Notes under the pieces: generated by a model
Seen by the model: the letters and a program-made list of their open reading frames with translations, nothing else
Told to the model about the DNA's origin: nothing
Database searches by the model: none
Shown here: positions 27,824 through 39,417 of the stretch, in pieces
How positions within the stretch are numbered: the stretch's first letter is position 1
How the letters are laid out: the number at the start of each line of letters is the position of its first letter
Position numbers and translations under genes: made by a program
Assembly (NCBI RefSeq): GCF_006345805.1
Contig: NC_043008.1
Coordinates: forward strand, 78,802,001 to 78,866,000
Source: Octopus sinensis
Lineage: Eukaryota
DNA: 64,000 bases
Direction of reading: 5' to 3'

Positions 27824-28616
27824 CACACACACATATACACATATATCCACATGTACACATATGCACATATATACATTTAGACACACACACACAAATGATA
27901 ACATACACACATGTCCTTAGGTAATCTATACATATAAATTTGACATGGGCGATTCTTTCTTGTCTTGGAATTCACAGTCAAACAGTTGGGTCGAATTGAG
28001 TGAAAAATTACACAGATGTGTAGAATGATCCGGTGGTGATGCTGGGCTTTGTATTTTTTCATAGCTCCCATGGTTACTGAGCTAATCTACTATAATAATA
28101 CTCTTGTGTTTATGATTGAGAAAGGAAGGGGTGATAGATGAATAAGGAAGGAAGGGGTGATGTCATACTTGGTAGTGAGATGATGAAAATTGTATGCTGA
28201 AAAAATAAATCAGTGTTTCAAATCTGTGTGAATATATGTGTGCATGTAAAGGGGGGGGGGCATGTGAATGCGTGTGTGAGTGTGTTTGTGTGTGTGCATG
28301 TACGCATGCAATGAAAGTGGGATGGTTCATCTTTGTTCGATTAGTATGATTGATTGATTGATTCTAGTTTCAGCTTATGAGCTGTGGCCATGCTGGGGCA
28401 CCGCCATTGGATTTATTTTTTGGTTTGGTTGAATCTTGGTTGTTCTTTTTTTTGTTGGTCAGTTATTTTTAGTGTTTTGACAGAAAATAGTCATTCTAAA
28501 ATTGTTTTTTACATAAGCATCCCCAAACAAATTGAATGCTTACACAGAGCAGGTTTTATAGCCACATCATCTAAACCGACTAGGTGAAACCGGGCTTAGC
28601 TGCTAGTATATATATA

Positions 28617-28830
28617 TTCTTTTATTCTTTTCCTTGTTTCAGGCATCTAACTGCAGCCATGCCGGAGCACCACCATTAGTCAAACAAATCGACCCCAAGA
28701 CTTACTCTTTGTAAGCCTTGTACTTATTCTATCAGTGTCTTTTGCTGAACGGCTAAGTTATGGGGATGTAAACACACCAACATCAGTTGTCAAGCATGGT
28801 GGGGGAGACAAACACAGACACACAAACATA
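28617..28830 (-). mobile_element. SINE 3' half
   Basis: Matches 619-800. Confidence 0.8.
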
Positions 28831-28870
28831 TATATATATATATAAACACATTTATCATATATATATATAT

Positions 28871-29076
28871 CATCATCATCATCATCATCATCATTTAGCG
28901 TCCGCTTTCCATGCTAGCATGGGTTGGACGGTTCAACTGGGGTCTGTGAAGCTGGAAGACTTCATCAGGCCCAGTCAGATCTGGCAGTGTTTCTACGGCT
29001 GAATGCCCTTCCTAATGCCAACCACTCCGTGAGTGTAGTGGGTGCTTTTTACGTGCCACCTGCACAAGTGCCAGAC
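28871..29076 (-). mobile_element. RTE 3' UTR fragment with (GAT)n tail
   Basis: Matches 21637-21820. Confidence 0.8.
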
Positions 29077-29527
29077 AGGGCTATATATACATATATATAT
29101 ATACATATACATATACATATATATACACATACATACACACATATACATACACTAACGTCAGAAATTAATTAGCACCCTTGATTTGCTCTTCACTCAAGGT
29201 ATGTGCTGTCACCTAGTGGCCATATCTCGAACTATTTCTTTGTTGCGAGTTCACTGTTGCACAGAACGATGACGTAACTTTGTTTGCAGAGCAGTTTGAG
29301 AGTCTACAGCCTAATGATGTTGACATAGCAGTGCAACAACAAGTTGGAGTGCGGATGCAGACAAATCTTCCTTTGTTTAATAGATATAGGTAGCGCCTCG
29401 CAAGGACCGAAATCACACCGTACTAAGTTTTCTCATCGCGTAAGACGTTTTGAACAGCTTGTAGGTTAATTGATTTGTGTATTTGCAAGATTTTTTTTCC
29501 TCACAAATTCTCCTACACTCTGCTTCG

Positions 29528-29542
29528 TGACGTCACTTCCGG
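29528..29542. promoter_or_regulatory. Overlapping ETS-CRE motif (CCGGAAGTGACGTCA on minus) upstream of the Tc1 transposase
   Basis: TGACGTCACTTCCGG, about 160 bp 5' of the ATG at 29702. Confidence 0.55.
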
Positions 29543-29701
29543 TTCACAAAACTTTCTGTTATACATCAAATAAAGTGAGAAATTCTGCTTTCTTTCTTTT
29601 TTGTTTAATGAATAATAACTTATAGTAGTTTTGTTATAGCATAACATTATTCAAATGAATAGTTTTAATGAAAATAACTGGTTTTTATCGTTCATTCCTA
29701 G

Positions 29702-30662
29702 ATGGGCCCAAGACCTCGCATGACCTTCGAGAGACGGTACGAGGCTCTCTCGTGGCGTGGGAAGCTGTCGGAGGCTGCAATAGCCAGAAAACTTGGTGTA
29801 GCCAGGCGCACAATTCAGTGCTTATTTAAGAAATACGAAGAAACCGGATCAGCAGCTGACAAAAAGGGTAGGGGACAGAAGAGGCTGACGACCCAGCGGG
29901 AGGACCGGATGCTGATCCGAAAGTCGCTGAACAACCGAAGGGCAACGAGCCGGCAACTGGCGGAGGAGATGCAAAAGGTGACAGGGAAGCAGTTGTCTAC
30001 AACCACCGTCAAGACCAGATTACTGGAAGCTGGTCTAAAATCCTGTAGGGCCGCCCGTAAGCCGCTCCTTACAGCCCAAAACCGGGAGAGGCGGCTGCTC
30101 TGGGCCCGTGCCCACAAGACATGGACCGTGCAGCAGTGGCGGACAGTGATGTTCACTGACGAGTCGCGATTCAGTCTCGTCAGTGACAAGCCTGTCCATG
30201 TGCGACGCCGCAGGGGTGAGCGCTTCAACAAAGACTGCATTGCTCCCACCATGAAGCATGGTGTGGGGGGCGTTCAGCTACAGTGGTGTTGGGCGGCTCT
30301 ATGCCGTCGAAGGCAACATCAACGCAGCAAAGTACGTTGAGATAGTACGGAATGCTGCCCTACCCTCTGCGGGATACCTCTTTGGTGGCGAGGAGTACGT
30401 GCTCCAGCAGGACAATGCGCCTCCCCACACAGCCAAGCTCACAACCGGTTTCTTCAAGGACCATAGGGTGACGGTCATGGACTGGAGTCGATTGGGTAGG
30501 GATTTGAATGTGCAGCAATACAGGAACCGATACGAGCTGTTTGGGGCACTTCTTGCTGCATGGAGGGCTATCCCTGCACAGTACCTGCAGGCGCTCATAG
30601 ACAACATGCCGGCCCGTGTAGCAGCTGTCATTGCTGCCAAAGGAGGAGCAACAAGATATTGA
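29702..30662 (+). pseudogene. Tc1 transposase, frameshifted and lacking the catalytic Glu region
   Basis: HTH N-terminus, AARKPLL, VMFTDESRF, MVWGAF, QQDNAPPH; frameshift near 30260; PAQSPDLNPIE segment absent. Confidence 0.92.
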
Positions 30663-30943
30663 CTATTATGTGGTATGCTGGGATATGTTTTAATAAATTT
30701 TTGATTAAAAACGGGTTCGTTTCTGATAATAAGTTAATTAAATTAAGAAAATGTAAGAAAATGTAGAAATTTGAGAAGTGCTAATTAATTTCTGACGCAA
30801 GTGTATATATATATATATATACATATACACATATATAAGTACACATATATATGTATATATACATGTATATATACATATATATACACATATATACATTATA
30901 TATATATACATATATATTACATATATATATATATATATATATA

Positions 30944-31021
<78 letters not shown>

Positions 31022-32110
31022 ACGTGAGGCTGAATTTTATCTGAGACATCAATAATTGAGAGGAACTATAGAATTATATATATATTTAACACGAGACGTG
31101 AGGCTGAAATAGACAGAGTCAAAGTGAAACAGAATAGAGATAACTAAAGGTTAATTAATTGCGCAGAAATATTACTAGGTAGGTAACGGGATGAATTTAA
31201 AGAAGAATGCTTATCTGTGGCTCATCTTTCCGTTCGTAGTTTATATATATATATAGTTCCTCTTACTAATCGATGTCTAAGATAAATTTAGCTCATGCAT
31301 CTCCCCTAAATCTGCAAAATATCTCTCTCTCAATTAGGTCTCTTATACCTACTACTAAGTATTCCATTTTCCAAGAAATGAGAGGCGCTCCTTCATGGCT
31401 GCTACTTTTCGCGGGGTCGCGACCCCCTCCCCCCGCTGTCTCGATATGCTTTTCTCTATCTCTTCACACTGTTTGTCTTTCTATCTCTTTTGATCACCAC
31501 ACAACAGAACTTCCCACTTCTCCTCCCCTCCACCACCACCCTATATAAACTAACGCCCGTTTTATAGCGTCCCCATTTTCGATTCAAATTGTTGCTGTAA
31601 ACTACGAACGGAAAGATGAGCCACAGATAAGCATTCTTCTTTAAATTCATCCCGTTACCTACCTAGTAATATTTCTGCGCAATTAATTAACCTTTAGTTA
31701 TCTCTATTCTGTTTCACTTTGACTCTGTCTATTTCAGCCTCACGTCTCGTGTTAAATATATATATAATTCTATAGTTCCTCTCAATTATTGATGTCTCAG
31801 ATAAAATTCAGCCTCACGTCTCGTGTTCAATATATATATAATTCTATAGTTCCTCTCAATTATTGATGTCTCATATACATTTCAGCCTCACGTCTCGTGT
31901 TCAATATATATATAATTCTATAGTTCCTCTCAATTATTGATGTCTCATATAAATTTCAGCCTCACGTCTCGTGTTCAATATATATATAATTCTATAGTTC
32001 CTCTCAGTTATCGATGTCTAAGATAAATTTCAGCTCATGCATCTCCCCTAAATCTGCAAAATATCTCTCTCTCTCAATTAGGTCTCTCATACCTACTACT
32101 AAGTATTCCT
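31022..32110. repeat. Composite repeat: 222-bp inverted repeat, four 74-bp tandem units and a direct repeat
   Basis: 31022-31243 is the inverse of 31598-31819; tandem units start at 31733, 31807, 31881 and 31955; about 31254-31375 recurs at about 31995-32108. Confidence 0.9.
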
Positions 32111-32646
32111 TTTGGATCTTTTCCTTTTGAACGGCATATGTCAACACAATTTCTACTTAACTAAACACTTTTAAACTTCAAATACTGGTAGAATGTGTTT
32201 ATAAAACATCATTTTTTCTTGGCTTTATTGAGAAAATTCTATAGTTTGTAACATATTTCCACTTTAAAATCGAGCATTTCGGCAATTTTAACCAATCAAA
32301 TATGTCCATTTAGAGTGAAAACATACCGTGCTGTATGAATATGTCCCTCGTTTAAGAAATTGGGTTTATTTACATTTGCGAAGAAAATAAGATACCCTTC
32401 CCCCACCCATAACCGTAACTCTAAATAGTTGAATAAAAGGGGAATTACTCTAATAGGTAGAAAAGTATAAAAGATAAAAATACACACAACCATATTCTCA
32501 CATTACACAGACATAAAACTTCTTGTGTTTATAAGTCCACATACATACACACTCACACAAACATGTATATGTACAAGCACATGCACATACAAACATATGT
32601 GTGTGTACGTACTCATTCATATATACATCCACGCACAAATGCACAC

Positions 32647-32700
<54 letters not shown>

Positions 32701-32701
<1 letters not shown>

Positions 32702-35143
32702 AAAAAGTCAAGGTAGAAAATGCTAAAAGAATTTTATAAAAACTTTTCAATACTGGTTTCGGTCATTGAGACTTTTTCAGCTGTAAGTATGGAAAACGAT
32801 TAAATTTTAAAAAAATTAAAGGAAAAGTATTTTAAAGAATATTTGCATAGTATTCAAATACAAGGGGCATTTTCCTTGTTTCTACCTGCCTCTGTCTCTC
32901 TTCTTTACTCTTTTTGGCTCAAGGTCATTATGAATTCTTGGCAGAGAAGAAGAAGAAGAAGAAAATAAAGTGTGGGTGCTTTGATAGTAGTAGGATATTA
33001 AATGGTCAAGTGCCCTGAAAATGACTTGTTGTTAATTGGAGTAGTGATTGCATTCTTGAGATTTCTCTTTTGAATGTATTGTTTATAATATTTGTGTAGG
33101 TGTTTTCTAAACAGCAGTAGTATTAAAGTAAGGAAGGAGGTGGCAGAGAGGAAGAAGAAGACAAAGAAGAAGAAGAAGGAAAGCAGAGAAGAAGAGAAAG
33201 AATAATGAAAATGCAGGATGGTAGGATACTAGTAGTATGCTAAATGGTCAAGTGACCTAAAAGTGACTCTTTGTGGATTATAGCAGTGATTGGGACTGTT
33301 TTAAATGAATTCTTGGGTATCTCTTTTGAATGTATCCTTTTTAATATTTGTGTGTGTGTTATTCTAAGGTTGTGGCGGATATGCCATTTGTTGTAAATCC
33401 ATGAAAGTATAGAGAGGCTTAAAGAATTCCAAGCACTTATAAATGGACTTGACATAAACATTCAATTCATGATGGAATATAGCCATCGGAAACTTACCTT
33501 CCTCGACATCCTCATTAAGAGATCCAACAACGTAATAGAAACAGATATATATACTATAAGCCCATGGACTCCAAGCAATATCTACCGTTCAACTCATGCC
33601 ACCCCAGATACACCAGAATGAATATTCCCTTCAACCTAGCAAAAAGGATATGTACTATAGTTTCTAACGCAAGCACCAGGGACACACAACTACATGAACT
33701 AAAGGATACACTCATCACCAGGAACTACCCACCTTCACTAAGTGACATATGCTTTCAAATTACCCTACAACTCAACATCCACGAACTCATACATCCCAAA
33801 TAAAAGAAGGATTTACAACCAAAAGCCCTACCATACATCTCCACAACCCTCTTAACAATGAAACCTTCAACACTATCCTTCAAAACATTCCCCTGCTAAA
33901 AAAGGACCACAGAATGAACTTAATCCTTCAAACACACACCATCATAAAAAGCAAGACACAGCCTAAATCTATGAAAAGTCTCCTAACACAAGCCCAAATA
34001 TGCTCAACAACAACACTGAAGCCGTCAGTAAAAAAATGCAGAAAACACAAGCGTGGGATATGTGTCGATTTAATTGAGGGATCAGAGTTCTCCTTCAAAG
34101 AGGGACAACATTTCACAGTGGAAAGCAGCTTCACATGTGCTTTGGAGAACCCGATATACACACTAACCTGCTCTGGGTGCCAAGAGCAATACATAGGCCA
34201 AACAAAAAACAGTCTACATCAAAGGATGCTCTGCACAGATCCCAGATCAAAATTTTAAAAAAAAAACAGAAAAATAGCATTCAGCCAAAACATTGACATT
34301 TGCGCCAATAACAAAAATCTAAGCTTCAGAATTTTTCCCCTCTATCAATTCAGCGATGATACAACCTGTAGCCAACGAATTAGTAAGGAGCCTCTCTTTA
34401 TTTAAAAATACAGACCCCTTTTGAACGCATCTACAACAAATGACATATCCACCATGACCTTGGAATAACACACACGCAAATATTAAAAAGGATACATTCA
34501 AAAGAGATACCCAAGAATTCATTTAAAACAGTCCCAATCACTGCCATAATCCACAAAGAGTCACTTTTAGGTCACTTGACCATTTAGCATACTACTAGTA
34601 TCCTACCATCCTGCATTTTCATTATTCTTTCTCTTCTTCTCTGCTTTCCTTCTTCTTCTTCTTTGTCTTCTTCTTCCTCTCTGCCACCTCCTTCCTTACT
34701 TTACTACTACTGCTGTTTAGAAAACACCTACACAAATATTATAAACAATACATTCAAAAGAGAAATCTCAAGAATGCAATCACTACTCCAATTAACAACA
34801 AGTCATTTTCAGGGCACTTGACCATTTAATATCATACTACTATCAAAGCACTCACACTTTATTTTCTTCTTTTTCTTCTTCTTCTTCTTCTTCTTCTCTG
34901 CCAAGAATTCACAATGACATCGAGCCAACAAGAGTAAACAAGAGAGACAGAGACAGGTAGAAACAAGGAAAATGTCCCTTATATTTGAATACTAAGCAAA
35001 TATTCTTTTAAAATACTTTTCATTTAATTTTTCCAAAATATAATTGCTTTCCATACTTACAGTTGAAAAAGTCTCAATGACCGAAACCGGTACTGAAATG
35101 TTTTTTATAAAAGTCTTTTAGCGTTTTCTACCTTGACTTTTTT
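32701..35143 (+). mobile_element. Penelope-like element: RT C-terminus and GIY-YIG between about 700-bp inverted pLTRs
   Basis: FLDILI...DIYYKPMDSKQYLPFNSCHP, IYTLTCSGCQEQYIGQTKNSLHQR; 32701-33394 is the inverse of 34432-35143. Confidence 0.93.
35060..35095 (+). ncRNA. Degenerate minimal HHR in pLTR (inverted twin at 32748-32783)
   Basis: CAG-TTGAAAA-AGTC[TCAAT]GACC-GAAA-CCGG-TA|CTG; stem I and palindromic stem III intact, core G8 lost. Confidence 0.6.
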
Positions 35144-35239
35144 CCATATATATATCAACTCGTGTGTTCCTTTTCAATCTTCTACATATATATATATATA
35201 TATATATGTACATGTGCACGGAACTTCATCCTCATATAC

Positions 35240-36230
35240 AAAGATCTGGAAATAGAGGAAGGATATTACCCATCTTATGAAAACATTCGATCTTAGCATA
35301 ACAATAGATACCAACCTGACGGTTGTCAATTTCCTTGCCATATCTCTGGATTTACAAAAGAATATTTATAAACCCTATAGAAAGCCCAATAATAGACTTA
35401 GTTATATTAATGTAGGTTCCTGCCACCCCACCCCATAGTGTTTAAGAATTTAGTTCAGAATATTAGTAGGAAAATTTCTAGCCTCTCCTCCGATATAAAT
35501 ATATTTAATAATGCTACCCCAGTATATAACAAAGCTCTTAACGTTAGTGGATTTAAAGAGGAAATAGCTTATACACCTGCTATTGAGCCAGAAATAAAGA
35601 AAAGAAAGCATAAACACAAGAAAATTATCTGGTTCACACATCCTAAGTGACCTTTAATATAGGTAAATTTTTTTTGTCACTTATAGATAGACATTTTCCA
35701 ATAAATCATAAATATAGAAAACGCTTTAGTAGGCATAACCTAGAAATTAGTTTTAGTTCCACTCCAAATTTTAAAAACATAATTGCGCAAAATGCAAAAC
35801 AACAACACAAAGTTGGCTGTTCCTGCAGGGATAAAGACTTGTGCCCACTAAATGGATCATGTTTGACCGAGGCCATTATTTATGAAGCCACCGTAGATTC
35901 TACAAACGCTAATAACACAGTTTCATCAAAGGGGTATGTGGGCCTCATGGAGAGAAATTTTAAAGCAAAGTTCAACAATCACACCTTAAGCTTCAGACAC
36001 TGGGATAAACGAAAAACTACCAAATTATCCAGTCATATATGGTTCTTGAAAGAACAAGGTATCAGCCACAGAATTTACTGGAAGATCTTAGCCAAGTGTA
36101 AACCTTATGCCAATGGTAGTGGAAAGTGCGGTCTTTGCGATATGGAAAGATGACTCATCTGGAAAAGTTCTTTAGACCCCGCTGCATGTTTAATTTCAAG
36201 AACTCAACTTCTTGGATCATGTCCACATAT
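35240..36230 (+). mobile_element. Second PLE lineage RT/GIY-YIG 3' fragment
   Basis: VNFLAISLDL...YKPYRKPNN...SCHP, KKIIWF, CSCRDKDLCPLNGSCL...IYEATV...YVGL...CGLC. Confidence 0.9.
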
Positions 36231-36848
36231 GACAAAATACCTATTATGGTTTTGGTCCCACCAAGATCACGGATAAAATCTGCATTTTTACTATGTTCCT
36301 GCACAAGCTTTTGATATGTCTTAATATTTTTTTATTGTTTTATATATATTTTTCCTTTTTTCCTTTTTAATTGTGTGAATGTGTATGTATGTGAGTATAT
36401 GTATATGTATGTATATATTAAATGTGTATGTGTGTGTGTATATATATGTGTACCCATGTATGTATGTATGAGTGTAGGATTGTGTCTGATGCATAAGTGC
36501 GACTTTCATGCACATGTCCCATTCATTTATACGGATATGCATATGCTCGTATATCTGCGATTGTAGGTATGTTATAGGAGGATGTATATGTATATAAATA
36601 TGTGTGTACATATGTACGTATATGAATATATATATATGAGGGTGTGTGAATGTATGTATATATATGTATATATATATATATATATAATATATATTATATA
36701 TATATATATACATGTATATTTATATGTATAAATGTCTAAATATATATATGTAAGCATACACTTATGTGTATATAAGGATGAAGTTGCGTGCACATGTACA
36801 TATATATATATATATATATAATATATATATATATATTATATATATATA

Positions 36849-37070
36849 TATCTATACAATATGTTACATTACTCGGTAGTCAAGATAAAACTCTGAGTTT
36901 CAGATGCCGAAGTGGAAATCCACAACACCATCTCATCGGTTATCTGGCTATTTGAAAACGTTTTCAAATAGCCAGATAACCGATGAGATGGTGTTGTGGA
37001 TTTCCACTTCGGCATCTGAAACTCAGAGTTTTATCTTGACTACTGAGTAATGTAACATATTGTATAGATA
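36849..37070. repeat. 222-bp loopless palindrome
   Basis: 111-bp arms, 1 mismatch, centre GAAAAC|GTTTTC at 36959/36960. Confidence 0.95.
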
Positions 37071-37134
37071 AATTTCCTCTATTTACATAATATTGAGGTC
37101 TCTTTCTTTCTTTTGTTATCTTACCGTTTTATCA

Positions 37135-37167
<33 letters not shown>

Positions 37168-37604
37168 ATATATACATATTTAAATATATATATGTGTGGA
37201 TATGAGTATATGTATGAGTACGTACATGCATATATATGTTTGTGTGTGTATGTGTATGTTTATATACATGCTTGTGTGAACTTGCATGTATGTAGACGTT
37301 ATAAACACGAGGTTTTATGTCTATGTATTGTGAGAATATGGTTGCGTGTATTTTTTATCTTTTATATTTTCTACCTATTAGAGTAATTCCCTTTTTTATT
37401 CAACAGTTTTTCATCGCGTCTATTACCATTAATAGCCAACAAGAATGCATCGTAGCTCTTTGCTCCGGCATTTGAAACTCCAAGTACTATTATGACAACT
37501 TACTGACAGTCCTGAACTATACATATATAAATAATCTTCTATTTACCTAATATCAAGGTCTCATTCTCTTGTTGCTACTTTTTATTTTTATTATTATTAT
37601 TATT

Positions 37605-38130
37605 GTTGTTGTATTTAGGAATGGTCATTTTGCCCGTTTAGCCAATAAAAACACACGCACTATGTATTTGGTGTTAATTTGCTTCAGCTTTATTTATTTT
37701 TTACATTAATCTTAATCTTATTTCGGTCAAATTACATGATCATGTATAAACAGGAGATACAAATATTACAGGCACTTCCCCCCCCCACACACACACACTA
37801 ACTAAACACAGACACACATAGAGGTATACGCATGGCAAATGAAGACACATACAATAGGAATACAAAATACAAAATGGCTGACTGTTAGTAAGGAGAGACA
37901 CACAAAATAAGAAAGAGGAAAGCAAAGGACCACTGATGAGGTCACAGGAGTGTGACGAAAGAACTCTGGCTGAATTAAGATTAAGATTAATGTACGAAAT
38001 GAATAAAGCTGAAGCAAATTAACACCAAATATATAGTGCACATGTTTTTATTGGCTAAACTGGCAAAATGACCATTCTTAAATACAACAACATCTGTTTC
38101 AACACACAATTTCACATCAAGAATCTTGCA
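37605..38130. repeat. pLTR-like segment with about 115-bp inverted repeat (same family as 12870-13075)
   Basis: 37605-37719 is the inverse of 37977-38092; shares atctgtttcaacac...tttcacatcaRgaatctt with 13031-13070. Confidence 0.75.
37930..37969 (+). ncRNA. Minimal type-I HHR
   Basis: CCA-CTGATGA-G-GTCAC[AGGAGT]GTGAC-GAAA-GAAC-TC|TGG; 3-bp stem I, 5-bp stem II. Confidence 0.7.
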
Positions 38131-38180
38131 AAACTAATATATAAACGTATTATTATTATTATATATACATATATATATAC

Positions 38181-38213
<33 letters not shown>

Positions 38214-38334
38214 CATATATACATATATATATATACATATTATATACATATATATATATATATCATATTATATATATATACATATATACATATATATATA
38301 ACATATATATATATATATACATACATATATATAC

Positions 38335-38365
<31 letters not shown>

Positions 38366-38509
38366 AGAGAGTGGTCACTATATTGCTCACTCTAGCACCA
38401 GTTACTCCAAAAGGTTTCAACCACGAAAATACATGTTTCCCATGAAAGCCAGTACGACTGTTAGCTCACACGGACAGGGCAAATAAAAAATAACAAAATA
38501 CAGATTATT

Positions 38510-38586
38510 TTGGGACAATTGTTTCGCTATTAATGAATTAAATGTAATATTACTTACAAAAAATCCATTTGTAGCTCGTCAGCCAA
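38510..38586 (-). ncRNA. Intact type-I hammerhead ribozyme with expanded stem II
   Basis: TTGG-CTGACGA-GCTA[~50 nt]TAGC-GAAA-C[AATT]G-TC|CCAA; all core nucleotides present, GUC triplet. Confidence 0.85.
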
Positions 38587-39340
38587 GACTATCTGGATGA
38601 AATCCTCAATCACACGCCAGATTTTACCATAACGATAAATACGCGTGTGGTTCAATTGATTACATCCGACGTTATAATTCAAATGCCCCAACCAACAGCG
38701 CGCCAAACTTTCACGGAAAACAAATACAGCATTTAGAAATAAATGCAGCATAATTATAATTAATTAATAAGGGTGAGAGAATTAGATACTAATTTAATAG
38801 TATATTTATTCAACACCAAGTGGCCTAGTGCTACGAGAAACCTGGATTATTATAATATTTTATAACATAGCGAAACAATTGTCCCAAAATAATCTGTATT
38901 TTGTTATTTTTTATTTGCCCTGTCCGTGTGAGCTAACAGTCGTACTGGCTTTCATGGGAAACATGTATTTTCGTGGTTGAAACCTTTTGGATTAACTGGT
39001 GCTAGAGTGAGCAATATAGTGACCACTCTCTTATATTTATTTTGTAAAAATATTATAATATGTTATAAAATATTATAATAATCCAGGTTTCTCGTAGCAC
39101 TAGGCCACTTGGTGTTGAATAAATATACTATTAAATTAGTATCTAATTCTCTCACCCTTATTAATTAATTATTTATGCTGCATTTATTTCTAAATGCTGT
39201 ATTTGTTTTCCGTGAAAGTTTGGCGCGCTGTTGGTTGGGGCATTTGAATTATAACGTCGGATGTAATCAATTGAACCACACGCGTATTTATCGTTATGGT
39301 AAATCTGGCGTGTGATTGAGTGGATTTCATCCAGATAGTC

Positions 39341-39417
39341 TTGGCTGACGAGCTACAAATGGATTTTTTGTAAGTAATATTACATTTAATTCATTAATAG
39401 GGAAACAATTGTCCCAA
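39341..39417 (+). ncRNA. Second copy of the same HHR with a C11.1-to-G substitution
   Basis: Otherwise as 38510-38586, but TAGG-GAAA at 39401 breaks the G10.1-C11.1 pair. Confidence 0.75.

Larger units (their letters stand above)
29150..30803 (+). mobile_element. Tc1-family DNA transposon with both TIRs
   Basis: 26-bp TIRs CACTAACGTCAGAAATTAATTAGCAC (29150-29175) and its inverse (30778-30803, 2 mismatches); TA on both flanks. Confidence 0.95.

Noticed and set aside
29213-29416. Extra ORF in the Tc1 5' region (captured gene?)
   Set aside because: Short with no recognisable motif on either strand; it needs a database search to be meaningful.
31733-32028. CRISPR-like array
   Set aside because: Units are contiguous 74-bp tandem repeats without unique spacers, in a eukaryotic context.
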